Shown: positions 10,821 to 21,800, numbered from the stretch's first letter. The stretch: 64,000 nucleotides of DNA from a gamma proteobacterium SCGC AB-629-P17 (GCA_000372785.1 KB889769.1:27153-91152); one strand, 5' to 3'. The notes: generated from the sequence alone by a model not told the origin. A program made the numbers and translations.

Positions 10821-11889
10821 AAAAATACTAATAATCATCCAGCGCTCTAATGGTGATGTTTTTCTTAGCTTGGCTTTGATTAGTGCACTTTATAAAAATT
10901 TTCATTCAACTCAAATTGATTTACTTGTTAATGAAGATACCTTGGCAGTTGCAAGACTTTTACCAAATATAAATTTTATTCATACTTTTTCTTACCAAAA
11001 AAAGTACGAAGGAAGATGGGTGCAAGAAAAGAATCTAGTAAAAAGTATATTTAAAAAATATGAATTAAGTATTAATTTAACTGCAAGTGATCGCAGTGTT
11101 ATTTATGCTTTATTGGCTGGTAAAAAAACAATTAGTGCAATTGAAAAAGATAATAAGAAATCGTGGTGGAAGAAAATACTTCTCAGTTATTACTATTATT
11201 TTGATATAACAAAACACATACTTCTTAATAACTTAGAGCCATTAAATTTATTGCAAATTGACCATAACAATATTCAAAAAGCCCCTGAAGTTTCAGACAG
11301 AGTGGTTACTAGTATTAAAAAAAAATTAGATATAAGAGGTATCAAAGAATTTGTTATTTTTCATCCATCTGCTCAGTATCAATACAAAATATATCCCCAA
11401 CACTTAAGGGATGAATTACTTTCTCTTCTTAGTAAACTTGGGGTTTCTATTGTAGTAACAGGAACAAATAATAAAATTGATACAGAAATTAAACGTATCC
11501 TTCCGTCTTTACCTAATATCTTTGATTTAATTGGGGAAACTTCATTAGAAGAGTATTTTGCCTTGAGTAGTTTGTCTCAGGCCTATATCGGTATGGATAC
11601 TCTAAATATGCATATCGCTTCAGCGCAAAATAAGCAAATTTTTGCAATATTTGGTCCAACTAAATTAAGTATGTGGGCTCCCTGGTCAAATCAATTACAA
11701 GTTTCAGCAACAGATGACATGGCTATTCAAACTTACGGTAATGTTACAATTTTTCAAGCAGATATGCCGTGTGTAGCCTGTGGTAATGCTGGTTGTGATG
11801 ATAATGGTAAAAGTGATTGCTTATACAATATTAGTCCTGGTTTTGTTTTCAAAGAAATTGAAGATTGGTATCAAAAGATTAGTTCTTAA
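10807..11889 (+). CDS. GT9 glycosyltransferase (WaaQ/RfaQ-like heptosyltransferase)
   Basis: ILIIIQRSNGDV, FHPSA, YIGMDTLNMHIASA, IFGPT. TTG at 10807 preferred over the track start at 10774. Confidence 0.8.
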   Translation: MKKSKKILIIIQRSNGDVFLSLALISALYKNFHSTQIDLLVNEDTLAVARLLPNINFIHTFSYQKKYEGRWVQEKNLVKSIFKKYELSINLTASDRSVIYALLAGKKTISAIEKDNKKSWWKKILLSYYYYFDITKHILLNNLEPLNLLQIDHNNIQKAPEVSDRVVTSIKKKLDIRGIKEFVIFHPSAQYQYKIYPQHLRDELLSLLSKLGVSIVVTGTNNKIDTEIKRILPSLPNIFDLIGETSLEEYFALSSLSQAYIGMDTLNMHIASAQNKQIFAIFGPTKLSMWAPWSNQLQVSATDDMAIQTYGNVTIFQADMPCVACGNAGCDDNGKSDCLYNISPGFVFKEIEDWYQKISS

Positions 11890-11904
11890 ATACAAATATT
11901 TTTC

Positions 11905-12993
11905 ATGTCAAGTTACAAAAAAACATATACTTTGCCATTTAAGTTTGATATTCCAAACTATTCTCAGGCTTTCCTTGAAGAAACTTCTGAATTTAAACGC
12001 TGGTTAAAGCATATAAAACGATATTTATATGTTTTATTAAGAAAGCAAAATAAGCACGAGGTTTTTAATATATTACCAAGCCATAATAGAATACTTTGGA
12101 TTAATTTATCAGCTCCTAGTCTTGGGGATAGTCTAATGGATTTATCCAGCAGAATAATGTTAAAAGGTAGAAAAGTAGATTTATTTACTGATAAAAAAAA
12201 TGCAGACCTATATAAAAATGATTTTATATTCACAACAATCTACACAGATAAAAAGCAAGTTGGTAATAACAAATACGATTTGGTTGTTATTGACTCTTAT
12301 AGCACAAGAAGTATTTACATTAAAGTTGATATTGCCCATGCAACAAATTTTGTAGGTATGTTTGGTTACTATAACGGTCCTGAGGTTAATCGTGTACTTT
12401 TTAGTTTTCATCAAATGAATAATTTATTAGGGTATGTCAAAAATGAAGATGAGCTTAATAAAATAGCCAAAACCTCAATTTCAATATCAAGGAGAGATAA
12501 GGAGATAATTCAAAAAACTAAACTCCCATCAAACTTTATCGCAATTGCAACTGGAGGAGAGTGGAATTATCGAACTTACAATAAGTGGGATTTCGTAATT
12601 GAAAAATTAATAAGTCAAGATAATGATTTAAATATAATTCTTGTTGGGTCCGATAATGCTAGAGATAGTGCAAGAGTCATAATGGATAAATTTTCCAGGT
12701 ACAAAGTATATAACTATGTAGCAAAATTCACTTTTAATCAGACTGCTGAAATAATAAGTCGAGCTCAAATTTTATTATGTTGTGATGGCGGCCTTATGCA
12801 CTCGGCTAATGCAGTCAATACAACAATTGTAGCTTTATTTGCTAGGTTAACGGAGGAGATGCAATTGACTGAATCTAATTCTTCGTTTTCTCTTTTTGAT
12901 AAAGATAATGTGAATAATATTTTAGTCGAGGATATACTAAACAAGTACAAAGAGGCCTCTATTTTCGTTCATAATCATCTTCTAGGCGAGTAA
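11905..12993 (+). CDS. GT9 glycosyltransferase
   Basis: APSLGDSLM and CCDGGLMHSANA GT9 motifs; 3' end overlaps convergent manC by 35 bp. Confidence 0.75.
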   Translation: MSSYKKTYTLPFKFDIPNYSQAFLEETSEFKRWLKHIKRYLYVLLRKQNKHEVFNILPSHNRILWINLSAPSLGDSLMDLSSRIMLKGRKVDLFTDKKNADLYKNDFIFTTIYTDKKQVGNNKYDLVVIDSYSTRSIYIKVDIAHATNFVGMFGYYNGPEVNRVLFSFHQMNNLLGYVKNEDELNKIAKTSISISRRDKEIIQKTKLPSNFIAIATGGEWNYRTYNKWDFVIEKLISQDNDLNIILVGSDNARDSARVIMDKFSRYKVYNYVAKFTFNQTAEIISRAQILLCCDGGLMHSANAVNTTIVALFARLTEEMQLTESNSSFSLFDKDNVNNILVEDILNKYKEASIFVHNHLLGE

Positions 12994-14362
12994 TATCATC
13001 TTCACCTAAATAGCTGCCGGTTTGTATTTCAATAATTTCTAATGGAGTTTTTTCACGATTTTCTAGTCGATGAACTTCACCCTTAGGAATATATGTTGAT
13101 TGGTTTTTTTTCAATTCAAATACTTGATTTCCATTAGTAATTTGTGCAATTCCATTTATAACAACCCAGTGTTCAGAGCGATGTTGGTGTTTTTGTAAAG
13201 ATAGTTTTGAACAAGGATTAACTAAAATACGTTTTACTTGAAAGCCCTGTCCATAATCAATCGAGTCATAATAACCCCAGGGTCTATATACTTTTCGATG
13301 ATTAATTATTTCCTTTCTATTATCTTTTTTTAGTTTTTTAACAATATTTTTTATATTTTGAACATTTTTTTTATTCGCAACTAATAATGCATCATGAGTG
13401 TCAATAATAACTATATCCGATAAACCAATAACAGACAATAAGCGATTAGTGCCTTCAATATATGAGTTTGTTACTTCATCAAGTATTACGTCTCCTTCAC
13501 TAACATTGTTGTTGCCATCTTTAGGTTTTGCTTCCCATAGTGCATCCCATGAACCGAGATCACTCCAATCACTTTTCAAAGGGATTACTACTCCATTCTT
13601 AGTTTTCTCCATTACAGCATAGTCAACAGATTTTTCGGGGCAGTTATTAAATTCTTCACTATTGATGCGTAAAAAATCTAAATCTTTATGAGTCTTATTG
13701 AATGATTTTCTGCAAGCAGAGAATATATCTGGTTCAAATTTTTTTAACTCATCAAGATATAATGAAGCTTTAAACATAAATATGCCACTGTTCCAATAAT
13801 AGTTACCGGAATCCAAGTGGTTTTTTGCATTTTTTAGGCTTGGCTTTTCCTTGAACGATTTAATATCGTAATATTTAGCGTTAAGGGAATTATCAACCTC
13901 AATGTAGCCATACCCAGTTTCTGGCTTAGTAGGTTTCACGCCAAAAGTAACCATTTTCCTTTGTTCTGAATAAGTATTAGCTATATTAATTGAATTATGA
14001 AATGCTTGATTATCAGCAATATGGTGATCTGCAGATAGAATAAGGAGTGATGGGTCTTGACTATTGTCAATAAATTTTAATGCTGCTAGAGCAATTGCAG
14101 GTGCAGTATTTTTCCCAATAGGCTCTAAAATAATGCCACTATTATCAGCTCCAATTTGACGAAGTTGTTCAGCAACTAAAAACCTATGTTCTTCATTACA
14201 GATAACAAGTGGGTCTGACAAATCGTCTGGCAATCGCAAAATTGTATCTTGAAAAAGAGTTGTATTGTTCAGTAGATTGAGAAATTGCTTTGGAAAAAGT
14301 GTTCTAGAATGTGGCCACAATCTTGTACCACTGCCACCTGATAAAATTACTGGTACTATCAT
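12959..14362 (-). CDS. manC: Mannose-1-phosphate guanylyltransferase / mannose-6-phosphate isomerase
   Basis: ILSGGSGTRLWP, EPIGKNTAPA, WSDLGSW; C-terminal cupin RPWG...HRSEHW...GSYLGEDDI. Confidence 0.96.
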   Translation of the reverse strand: MIVPVILSGGSGTRLWPHSRTLFPKQFLNLLNNTTLFQDTILRLPDDLSDPLVICNEEHRFLVAEQLRQIGADNSGIILEPIGKNTAPAIALAALKFIDNSQDPSLLILSADHHIADNQAFHNSINIANTYSEQRKMVTFGVKPTKPETGYGYIEVDNSLNAKYYDIKSFKEKPSLKNAKNHLDSGNYYWNSGIFMFKASLYLDELKKFEPDIFSACRKSFNKTHKDLDFLRINSEEFNNCPEKSVDYAVMEKTKNGVVIPLKSDWSDLGSWDALWEAKPKDGNNNVSEGDVILDEVTNSYIEGTNRLLSVIGLSDIVIIDTHDALLVANKKNVQNIKNIVKKLKKDNRKEIINHRKVYRPWGYYDSIDYGQGFQVKRILVNPCSKLSLQKHQHRSEHWVVINGIAQITNGNQVFELKKNQSTYIPKGEVHRLENREKTPLEIIEIQTGSYLGEDDITRLEDDYERK

Positions 14363-15150
14363 TGCTGAGATTTTTGGATTGGTTTAGTGTTAGGAGTTTT
14401 CCAGTTTTTTTGAGCTTCCATTAGTTTAATATATCTATAGAATGTTCCTTCAAAATTAGCAAATGCAATTACGAATCCTGGTCCACCATCTAAAAAGCCC
14501 AGTTTAAATATGTAGTGCTTGATAAACGACCAAAAACCGTGAAGAAATGCCTTAAAAATACTACTAGTTTCTCCTTTTTCTTGTAGTTTTATAACACCAA
14601 GAGTTGAATAATGATTGGCTTTGTGCATTACTTCCTCAGTGTTTTTAAATGGAAACTGCCAAATAATATTGGTAATAGTTCCAATTTCCTTATTACTATG
14701 ACTGATATATCCTTCATGAACTGAGTCCATAGTATAGCTCATTTTGCCGTTTTTAAAAAGTTGAGGTTGTCTAAAATTTGGATACCATCCAGAATGTTTT
14801 ATCCACCTACCCATAAAAAAATTCTTTCTTGGAACTTGATAGATATCTAATGGAGCTTTATCAATAAGCATAATAATTTCATCACGTACTTCTTTTGTGC
14901 ATCTCTCATCTGAATCAAGGCTAAAAATCCAATCTCCTTGGCAATGACTTATAGCTTTATTTCTTAAATCTCCATAGCCATTGAAAGGAATATGTATTAC
15001 TTTTGCACCCAACTCTGAAGCTATTTCACTTGTGCCATCTGTGCTATGTGAGTCAGCTACTATAATTTCATCAGCCCATAAAACACTATTGATACAGTCA
15101 CGAATTTTTTCAACTTCATTAAATGCAATAATATAAACAGAAATTTTCAT
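14359..15150 (-). CDS. GT2 glycosyltransferase (WaaE/KdtX-like)
   Basis: ISVYIIAFNE, DSHSTDGT, WIFSLDSDER, VHEG, GFLDG motifs. Confidence 0.85.
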   Translation of the reverse strand: MKISVYIIAFNEVEKIRDCINSVLWADEIIVADSHSTDGTSEIASELGAKVIHIPFNGYGDLRNKAISHCQGDWIFSLDSDERCTKEVRDEIIMLIDKAPLDIYQVPRKNFFMGRWIKHSGWYPNFRQPQLFKNGKMSYTMDSVHEGYISHSNKEIGTITNIIWQFPFKNTEEVMHKANHYSTLGVIKLQEKGETSSIFKAFLHGFWSFIKHYIFKLGFLDGGPGFVIAFANFEGTFYRYIKLMEAQKNWKTPNTKPIQKSQQ

Positions 15151-15261
15151 ATAAACAGTAAAATTAGGGTTGTTAGATTTTTTTTTGCTTTTTCAAGCAG
15201 TACTCAATAAAAATAAATGACTTTTAATTTCTTCTTATTTTATCTAATATCTTGTTAACTG

Positions 15262-16056
15262 ATGAAACTTAGTCTAGTTATTACTACCTATAATTGGCCC
15301 GAGGCATTATCTCTAGTTATTGAGAGTATTAAAAATCAAACAATCCTTCCTGATGAAGTAATTATTGCAGATGATGGGAGTACTCAAGAAACTAAAGATT
15401 TAATTACTAGTTTTAATAAAGGTTCTGATATAAATATTATTCATGCATGGCAAGAAGATATTGGCTATAGAGCTGCCAGATCAAGAAATAATGGGATTTT
15501 AAAATCATCTGGAGATTATATTGTTATGATTGATGGCGATATGATATTACATACTAATTTTATTCAAGATCATATTTCTAGCGCGGAGCCTGGCTTCTTT
15601 GTTCAGGGTTCAAGGGTTTTATTATCTGAAGAACAATCAAAAAAAGTCTTGGCTGAAAAAATAATAAATTTTTCTTTTTTTTCAACTGGATTAAAGAATA
15701 GAAAAAATTCAATTCATTCAAAATTGCTATCAAAAATATTTTCAAATAAAAAGAATCAGCACAAGGGCACTAAAACTTGTAATTTGGCTTTTTATAGAAA
15801 AGATTGTATTAGTGTCAATGGGTTTAATAATGACTTTGAAGACTGGGGAAGAGAGGATAGTGAGTTTGTAGTTCGTTTAATGAATAGTGGAGTCAATAGA
15901 AAAAGAATTCGATTTAGTGCGATTCAATTTCATTTATGGCACAATGAATATGCAAGAGTTTCATTTAAAAATATTGAAAGGTTAGAGAATGCAATAAATG
16001 ATAGTATTCAGTTTTGTGAGAATGGAATTAGTTTAATGGAAAACAATGAAAGTTAG
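15262..16056 (+). CDS. GT2 glycosyltransferase
   Basis: ITTYN, IADDGS, IDGD, GFNNDFEDWGREDSE. Confidence 0.88.
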   Translation: MKLSLVITTYNWPEALSLVIESIKNQTILPDEVIIADDGSTQETKDLITSFNKGSDINIIHAWQEDIGYRAARSRNNGILKSSGDYIVMIDGDMILHTNFIQDHISSAEPGFFVQGSRVLLSEEQSKKVLAEKIINFSFFSTGLKNRKNSIHSKLLSKIFSNKKNQHKGTKTCNLAFYRKDCISVNGFNNDFEDWGREDSEFVVRLMNSGVNRKRIRFSAIQFHLWHNEYARVSFKNIERLENAINDSIQFCENGISLMENNES

Positions 16057-16904
16057 TGCATTTACATTCATCAAAAATGGCCAGATATTGGGATATCCTT
16101 TCGTAGAATCTATTCAATCTATTTTAACAATAGTGGATGAATTTGTTATCAATGTGGGTGAAAGTGAAGATAACACACTGTCAATGATTCAGTCGATCCA
16201 TAGCTCAAAAATACGTATCATCAAGTCTAAATGGAACGATACAATGCAGGAGCGTGGATTTGTCTACGGCCAGCAAAAAATGATTGCACAATATAATTGT
16301 ACGGGTGATTGGGCTTTTTATATTGAAGGTGATGAAGTTTATCACGAAAGTGAATTAGAACAGATCAGACAATCGATGAAAGTTCATTTGAATGATTCTA
16401 ATGTAGAGGCACTTGTTTTCGATTATTATCATTTTTATGGCAATTCAAATAGCTATCTTAATTCGCCCGGTTGGTATCGTTCAGAGGCTAGAATTATCAA
16501 AAATTCAGTGAGATCTTATTCGCCAGATGGGCTGTTTTGGTTAGTGTTAGATAGTAATAAAAAAGGTAGATATCCAAGGGCAAAACACACTGGCGCGCAT
16601 TGTTACCATTATGGTTGGGTGCGTAGTGAAGAACAAATGAACCTTAAGAGTAAAAAAGTGAAAAAATATTGGGGTGAAAATCATAAAAAAAATTGATTAC
16701 ACTCAAATGGATCAAAGCATTATTAAAGAATTTCAGGGCGCACATCCAGAAGTTGTAATAGAGTGGCTGCCAAAAAGTTCTGGTTTATATAAAGTAGATC
16801 CAAGTTATGTGCCAACTAATAAAGAAAAAAAACATCGAATGATGATTAAACTTGAAAAGGTTTTTGGTTTAGAGTTAAGTAAAAAACACTATAAATTAGT
16901 TTGA
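16046..16904 (+). pseudogene. GT2-like glycosyltransferase split by +1 frameshift in A8 tract (16685-16692)
   Basis: Track ORFs 16046-16696 and 16674-16904 join into one ~285-aa frame (...ENHKKIDYTQMDQ...) if one A is removed; the joined stop couples to the waaF ATG. Confidence 0.8.
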
Positions 16905-17833
16905 TGAAAATCCTAATTGAACTTCCGACTTGGATTGGGGACGCAGTTATGACAACCCCAGCTATTGAAAATATAATCAGTCATTACAATAAACCTGAAA
17001 TTACTTTAATTGGATCATTTGTGTCTTCTGAAGCTTTAAAAAACCATCCTCAAGTTGTTGCGACACACGTTATAAATAAAAGAATTATATCTTTATACAT
17101 ATTAGCGAGAAAATTAGGAAAATTTGATCTCTTTTTTTCGTTTAGAAGTTCATTTCGTTCAACAATCCTAAAATTATTTATTTCAAGCAAAGATAAATTT
17201 CAATTTGATGGAAGTAGGTATCAAAATCGCCATCAAGTCGAAAAGTACAATGATTTTGTTTGCGAGAATTTAGATATAAATCTTTTAGCGGGGAAATTAA
17301 TAGTCTATCCAAATTCAAAATTCTTAACGAGTAATACAAAGCCTACTGTTGGAATTAACCCTGGTGCATCTTATGGAAATGCCAAGCGCTGGTACCCAGA
17401 GAAATTTGCTCAAGTTGCTGCTGAACTATCTTATCACTATGAAATTCTTATATTTGGCGGTCCTGATGAAAAAGACATTGCTGCCGATATAGAGTATTTA
17501 CTAGTTGAAATGGGTGTTAATAACTTTAGAAATCTTGCAGGTAGGACTTCTATCCAAGAGTTGATTAGTAGAATTTCTAGTCTAGATTTGTTTATATCTG
17601 GTGATAGTGGACCAATGCATCTGGCAGCTAGTTTCCAAGTGCCAACTGTTGCAATATTTGGTCCTACCAGAGATGATGAGACCTCACAGTGGATGAATAG
17701 TAAAAGCATGATTGTCAAAAAGAATTTAGATTGCCAACCATGTATGAAACGCGCTTGTCCCTTAAAACACCATAATTGTATGAATCTTATTGAAGCCGAG
17801 GATATTCTGAAAGCTGTTCAGTCTTTAAATTAA
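16904..17833 (+). CDS. waaF: LPS heptosyltransferase II (GT9)
   Basis: MKILIELPTWIGDAVM, NPGASYGNAKRW, DSGPMHLAA, CQPCMKRACPL. Confidence 0.92.
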   Translation: MKILIELPTWIGDAVMTTPAIENIISHYNKPEITLIGSFVSSEALKNHPQVVATHVINKRIISLYILARKLGKFDLFFSFRSSFRSTILKLFISSKDKFQFDGSRYQNRHQVEKYNDFVCENLDINLLAGKLIVYPNSKFLTSNTKPTVGINPGASYGNAKRWYPEKFAQVAAELSYHYEILIFGGPDEKDIAADIEYLLVEMGVNNFRNLAGRTSIQELISRISSLDLFISGDSGPMHLAASFQVPTVAIFGPTRDDETSQWMNSKSMIVKKNLDCQPCMKRACPLKHHNCMNLIEAEDILKAVQSLN

Positions 17834-18402
17834 GTTTTATCAAAAGCCTGATCAATCAAATGACATATAGTGTGACCAATTAGTATATGCATTTCTTGAA
17901 TTCGTGGTGTGTCATCCGCTACTGCTATTAGGTTAACATCACACAATTCATTAAACTCTCCTCCATCTCTACCACTGAATCCAATAGTTTTACAGCCAAT
18001 CTCATTAGCAAGTTTTATTGCACTAATTACATTAGCACTAGTTCCACCTGTACTAATACCGATTACTACATCATTCTCATTAGCTAAAGCCTCAAGTTGG
18101 CGATTAAATACGTGTAAATAACCATAGTCATTACCTATTGAAGTAAGTACTGATGTGTCAGTAGTGAGAGCTATAGCTGCTAGGCCTTTACGTTCGGTTT
18201 TATATCTACCAACTATTTCAGCTGCAATGTGCTGAGCATCTGCTGCACTTCCTCCATTACCAAAGATTAAGATTTTATTGCCTTGATTAAGGCAATCAAT
18301 ACAAAGCTTTGAAGCTATTTCAATCGGTTTGCCAATAGATTTTATTGTCTCTCTACTAACTTTTATATGTTCACTAAATTCGTGTTTGATGATTGACTGC
18401 AT
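17830..18402 (-). CDS. gmhA: Phosphoheptose isomerase
   Basis: GNGGSAADAQH, TTDTS, GNDYG, PRIQEMH. Confidence 0.96.
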   Translation of the reverse strand: MQSIIKHEFSEHIKVSRETIKSIGKPIEIASKLCIDCLNQGNKILIFGNGGSAADAQHIAAEIVGRYKTERKGLAAIALTTDTSVLTSIGNDYGYLHVFNRQLEALANENDVVIGISTGGTSANVISAIKLANEIGCKTIGFSGRDGGEFNELCDVNLIAVADDTPRIQEMHILIGHTICHLIDQAFDKT

Positions 18403-18404
18403 AG

Positions 18405-19832
18405 TTAATTGTACTGTTTAATTTTCTCAATAGTTTGAGTTGAGCTTTTGCCATCAATAAATTCGACTAACTTTAATTCATCAGCGATATCTTGTCCGAC
18501 AACTTCTTTTCCTTTGTAGTCTCCACCCTTAACTAAAGTATGAGGTTTTATTGCTTTAATTAATTCATAAGGTGTATCCTCGTCGAAGATTACGACATAA
18601 TCAACTACTTCAAGGGCAGCTAGTATATATGCTCTATCCGCTTGAATGTTAATAGGGCGTTCTTTACCTTTTAGTGTAGTTATCGATCGGTCAGAATTAA
18701 GCCCAAGTATCAAAACATCTCCAAAACTTTTGGCAGTCTCTAAAAAACTAATATGCCCAGCATGAAGCAAATCAAAGCAACCATTTGTGAATACAATTTT
18801 TTTATCCCTTGCTTTTAACTCCTTAATTAAAGGTGTAATTTCATCAATAGATTTAATATGTTTTTCGCTAGTAGATTTATTTATGCTTGATTCATATTCA
18901 ATAATCTCATTTAGTGAAGCGGTAGCACTTCCAATTTTGCCAACTACAACACCTGCTGCGAGGTTAGAAAACTCAACCGCTTCATCAATGTTAAATCCAC
19001 ATGCTATAGCAAAGCCTATTGAAGCAAGGATTGTGTCACCGGCACCAGTTACATCAAACACTTCTTTAGCAATTGTAGGGTGTATACGGAATTCATCATC
19101 ATACATTGCTACACCATGTTCACTAAGAGTTATTAGAGATACATCTAGGTCGCATATAGATTTAAGCTCTACGATTGCATCGGTTAAACTAGCATCATCT
19201 ACAATATTAATTTTCGTTGCTTCACTAGCTTCTTTTTTATTCGGAGTAAGCGAATATGCGCCTTTATATTTCAAATAATCTATACCTTTAGGGTCAATTA
19301 ATACTTTTTTATTGTATTTTTTTGCAATATTAATTAAAGATTGAGTTAATTGATTAGTAAGTACTCCTTTACCATAGTCTGAAAGTAATATGACTGCATA
19401 GTCTTTAACTATCTTTTTAAAAATTTCAATGATAGTATTTTGTGATTCTAAATTAATTTCCTCCGTACTTTCACGGTCATAGCGAATCACTTGTTGTTGA
19501 GAGGCAATAATTCTACATTTTTTTGAGCTTGCGCGATTTTTTTGTGTAATTAAGTATTTTGAGTCAACTTCAATATCAGATAGTAGAGTTCTTAGTTTAT
19601 TAGAAATCTCACAATTTCCGACCACACTAATAACATCTACTTGAGCGCCAAGTTTCTTAAGATTATTAACCACATTTCCGGCACCACCCAAAACTGTACT
19701 TTCACGTTCAACATTGATCACTTGAACAGGCGCTTCAGGTGAAATTCTTTCACAAGAACCCCAAAGGTATTGATCAATCATCAAGTCACCGATAACCAAT
19801 AATCTAGGTGATTTATTTTGTAAATTAATCAT
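18405..19832 (-). CDS. hldE: Bifunctional heptose-7-phosphate kinase / heptose-1-phosphate adenylyltransferase
   Basis: RISPEAPV, DVTGAGDT (PfkB) and FTNGCFDLLHAGH domains. Confidence 0.96.
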   Translation of the reverse strand: MINLQNKSPRLLVIGDLMIDQYLWGSCERISPEAPVQVINVERESTVLGGAGNVVNNLKKLGAQVDVISVVGNCEISNKLRTLLSDIEVDSKYLITQKNRASSKKCRIIASQQQVIRYDRESTEEINLESQNTIIEIFKKIVKDYAVILLSDYGKGVLTNQLTQSLINIAKKYNKKVLIDPKGIDYLKYKGAYSLTPNKKEASEATKINIVDDASLTDAIVELKSICDLDVSLITLSEHGVAMYDDEFRIHPTIAKEVFDVTGAGDTILASIGFAIACGFNIDEAVEFSNLAAGVVVGKIGSATASLNEIIEYESSINKSTSEKHIKSIDEITPLIKELKARDKKIVFTNGCFDLLHAGHISFLETAKSFGDVLILGLNSDRSITTLKGKERPINIQADRAYILAALEVVDYVVIFDEDTPYELIKAIKPHTLVKGGDYKGKEVVGQDIADELKLVEFIDGKSSTQTIEKIKQYN

Positions 19833-20833
19833 ATAATTTCAGTTCCATGTAAGCGTTTAATTTCAGGAATGTAGGATTTAATTCCTTGTTCTAATGATAC
19901 TTTTGGTTCGAAGCCTAAGTTATCTTTAGAGGTGCTAATATTTGCTTGAGTATGCATTTGGTAGCCATCATACGGGTTGGGAAAATATTCTGTACCCAAA
20001 TCAGTTCCTAGCTCCTTTTGAAGAATATCAGCAATATCTTGAAAGCTTCTTGAAATTCCTGTTCCTACGTTATAAGTGCCATTTTGTTTAGGATTACAGG
20101 CCTTAATAATGGCTTGCAAAACGTCATCAATATAAATAAAATCTCGAAAAATCTGATCTGATCCCTTAAACAAACGAGGAATTTTGCCATCTAAAATTTG
20201 ATGCCCAAGCTGGATTACCATAGATGATGTATTGGCCTTGTAATATTCTCTTGGCCCATAGACATTAAAAAACCTTAATCCTACTATTACCAAATCTGGA
20301 TTTTCCTTTGAATATCTAGTTGCAATCTGGTCCATAATGTATTTACTGTATCCATAAGGGTTTTCGGGACACTCTTTACCTACGGTTTGTGGTGAAGGTA
20401 GATTGCCATAAGTAGCAGCTGAACTTGCATAAACTATTACTGCCTCATCTTTTTTTGCTATTTTCAATAGATCATAAAATGAATTTACGTTCGTTTTCAT
20501 TATTATTTCTTGGTCATAAACACGAGTGTCAGAAATTGCTGCCTGGTGAAATACATAGTCAAACTTGTAATCACTCAATAATGCTAAGTCAGCTTGATTA
20601 TTAATGTTGCCACAGATGATGTCACCCTTAAAACCAATCAGGTTTTTGTAATGCCCAAAGCTTTTATGATTGCCATTAGGAAAAATTTCATTATTTCTAA
20701 AGCAGTCAAATACAATAACTTTTGAGTTTGGAAAGTTTTCTTGCAAATAAAAAGCCAAATTACTTCCTATAAAACCCGAACCACCTGTAATTAGAATGGT
20801 TTTATTGTTGAAATCTATATTGTTATACATCAT
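19829..20833 (-). CDS. hldD: ADP-L-glycero-D-manno-heptose 6-epimerase
   Basis: TGGSGFIGSN, YASSAATYG, YGYSK, LRFFNVYGPRE; next to hldE-gmhA. Confidence 0.9.
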   Translation of the reverse strand: MMYNNIDFNNKTILITGGSGFIGSNLAFYLQENFPNSKVIVFDCFRNNEIFPNGNHKSFGHYKNLIGFKGDIICGNINNQADLALLSDYKFDYVFHQAAISDTRVYDQEIIMKTNVNSFYDLLKIAKKDEAVIVYASSAATYGNLPSPQTVGKECPENPYGYSKYIMDQIATRYSKENPDLVIVGLRFFNVYGPREYYKANTSSMVIQLGHQILDGKIPRLFKGSDQIFRDFIYIDDVLQAIIKACNPKQNGTYNVGTGISRSFQDIADILQKELGTDLGTEYFPNPYDGYQMHTQANISTSKDNLGFEPKVSLEQGIKSYIPEIKRLHGTEII

Positions 20834-20966
20834 AGTTTATTAAATTTTGTTTAATTATAGAGCATCATTAATTCGCATAATTAAGAAACACAAAAAAGAG
20901 GAAAACTATAAGATACTGAAAAATTGAAGCCTTTACTGAAATAGAATAATAGTTTATATAACTATA

Positions 20967-21800
20967 TTAGCTGTTAATGCTAAGGTTATTAGCAAAATGA
21001 TTGGTGGCTTCTAGATACCCTTTAACACTACCACAATCAAAACGCTTTCCTTTGAATTTGTATGCAATAACTTTACCTCGTTTGGCTTGAATTTTTAAAG
21101 CATTGGTGATTTGTATTTCTCCGTCCTTATCAGGCTTGATGTTCTTAAGAATCTCAAAAATATCAGGAGTTAGTATATAACGTCCAATGATTGCCATATT
21201 ATTTGGAGCGTTCTGTTCTTCAGGCTTTTCTACCATATCTGTTACTTGATACGTATTACTTGAATTATCGATTAGATTGCCAGTAATAATTCCATATTGT
21301 TTGGTTTTATGCATTGGCACTTCTTCGATAGCCACGACTGAACACTGGTATTGGTTATATATTTCAATTATTTGTGAAATCACTCCATCATCAGCACAAT
21401 CACATAGATCATCTGCCAAAAGTACAGCGAAAGGTTCATCTCCGATAAGAGGTTCGCCGGTAAGGATAGCGTGGCCTAAGCCAAGCATTTGTTTTTGACG
21501 AACATAGGTAAAGGTGGATTTAGTAATTATCTCCTTGATTTCTTTTAGGTAGTCCTCTTGTGAAGTGCCGCTTAATTGTGATTCAAGTTCAAATGCATTA
21601 TCAAAGTGATCCTCAATCGCCCTCTTGCCTCGACCTGTAACAATAGCCATGTTAGTTATGCCGGCAGACAGTGCTTCTTCAACTCCATATTGTAATAAAG
21701 GTTTAGAGAGTATTGGAAGCATTTCTTTGGGCACTGCTTTGGTGGCAGGTAAAAAACGGGTTCCATAACCAGCCGCAGGGAAAAGACATTTTCTAATCAT
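20967..21800 (-). CDS. galU: UTP--glucose-1-phosphate uridylyltransferase
   Basis: FPAAGYGTRFLPATK..PKEMLP, LGLGHA, VEKP, GEIQIT. Confidence 0.95.
   Translation of the reverse strand: MIRKCLFPAAGYGTRFLPATKAVPKEMLPILSKPLLQYGVEEALSAGITNMAIVTGRGKRAIEDHFDNAFELESQLSGTSQEDYLKEIKEIITKSTFTYVRQKQMLGLGHAILTGEPLIGDEPFAVLLADDLCDCADDGVISQIIEIYNQYQCSVVAIEEVPMHKTKQYGIITGNLIDNSSNTYQVTDMVEKPEEQNAPNNMAIIGRYILTPDIFEILKNIKPDKDGEIQITNALKIQAKRGKVIAYKFKGKRFDCGSVKGYLEATNHFANNLSINS

Noticed and set aside
12959-12993. 35-bp convergent overlap of GT9 and manC as antisense regulation
   Set aside because: Short tail-to-tail overlaps are common in compact genomes (also surE/glnS, waaF/gmhA); no further evidence
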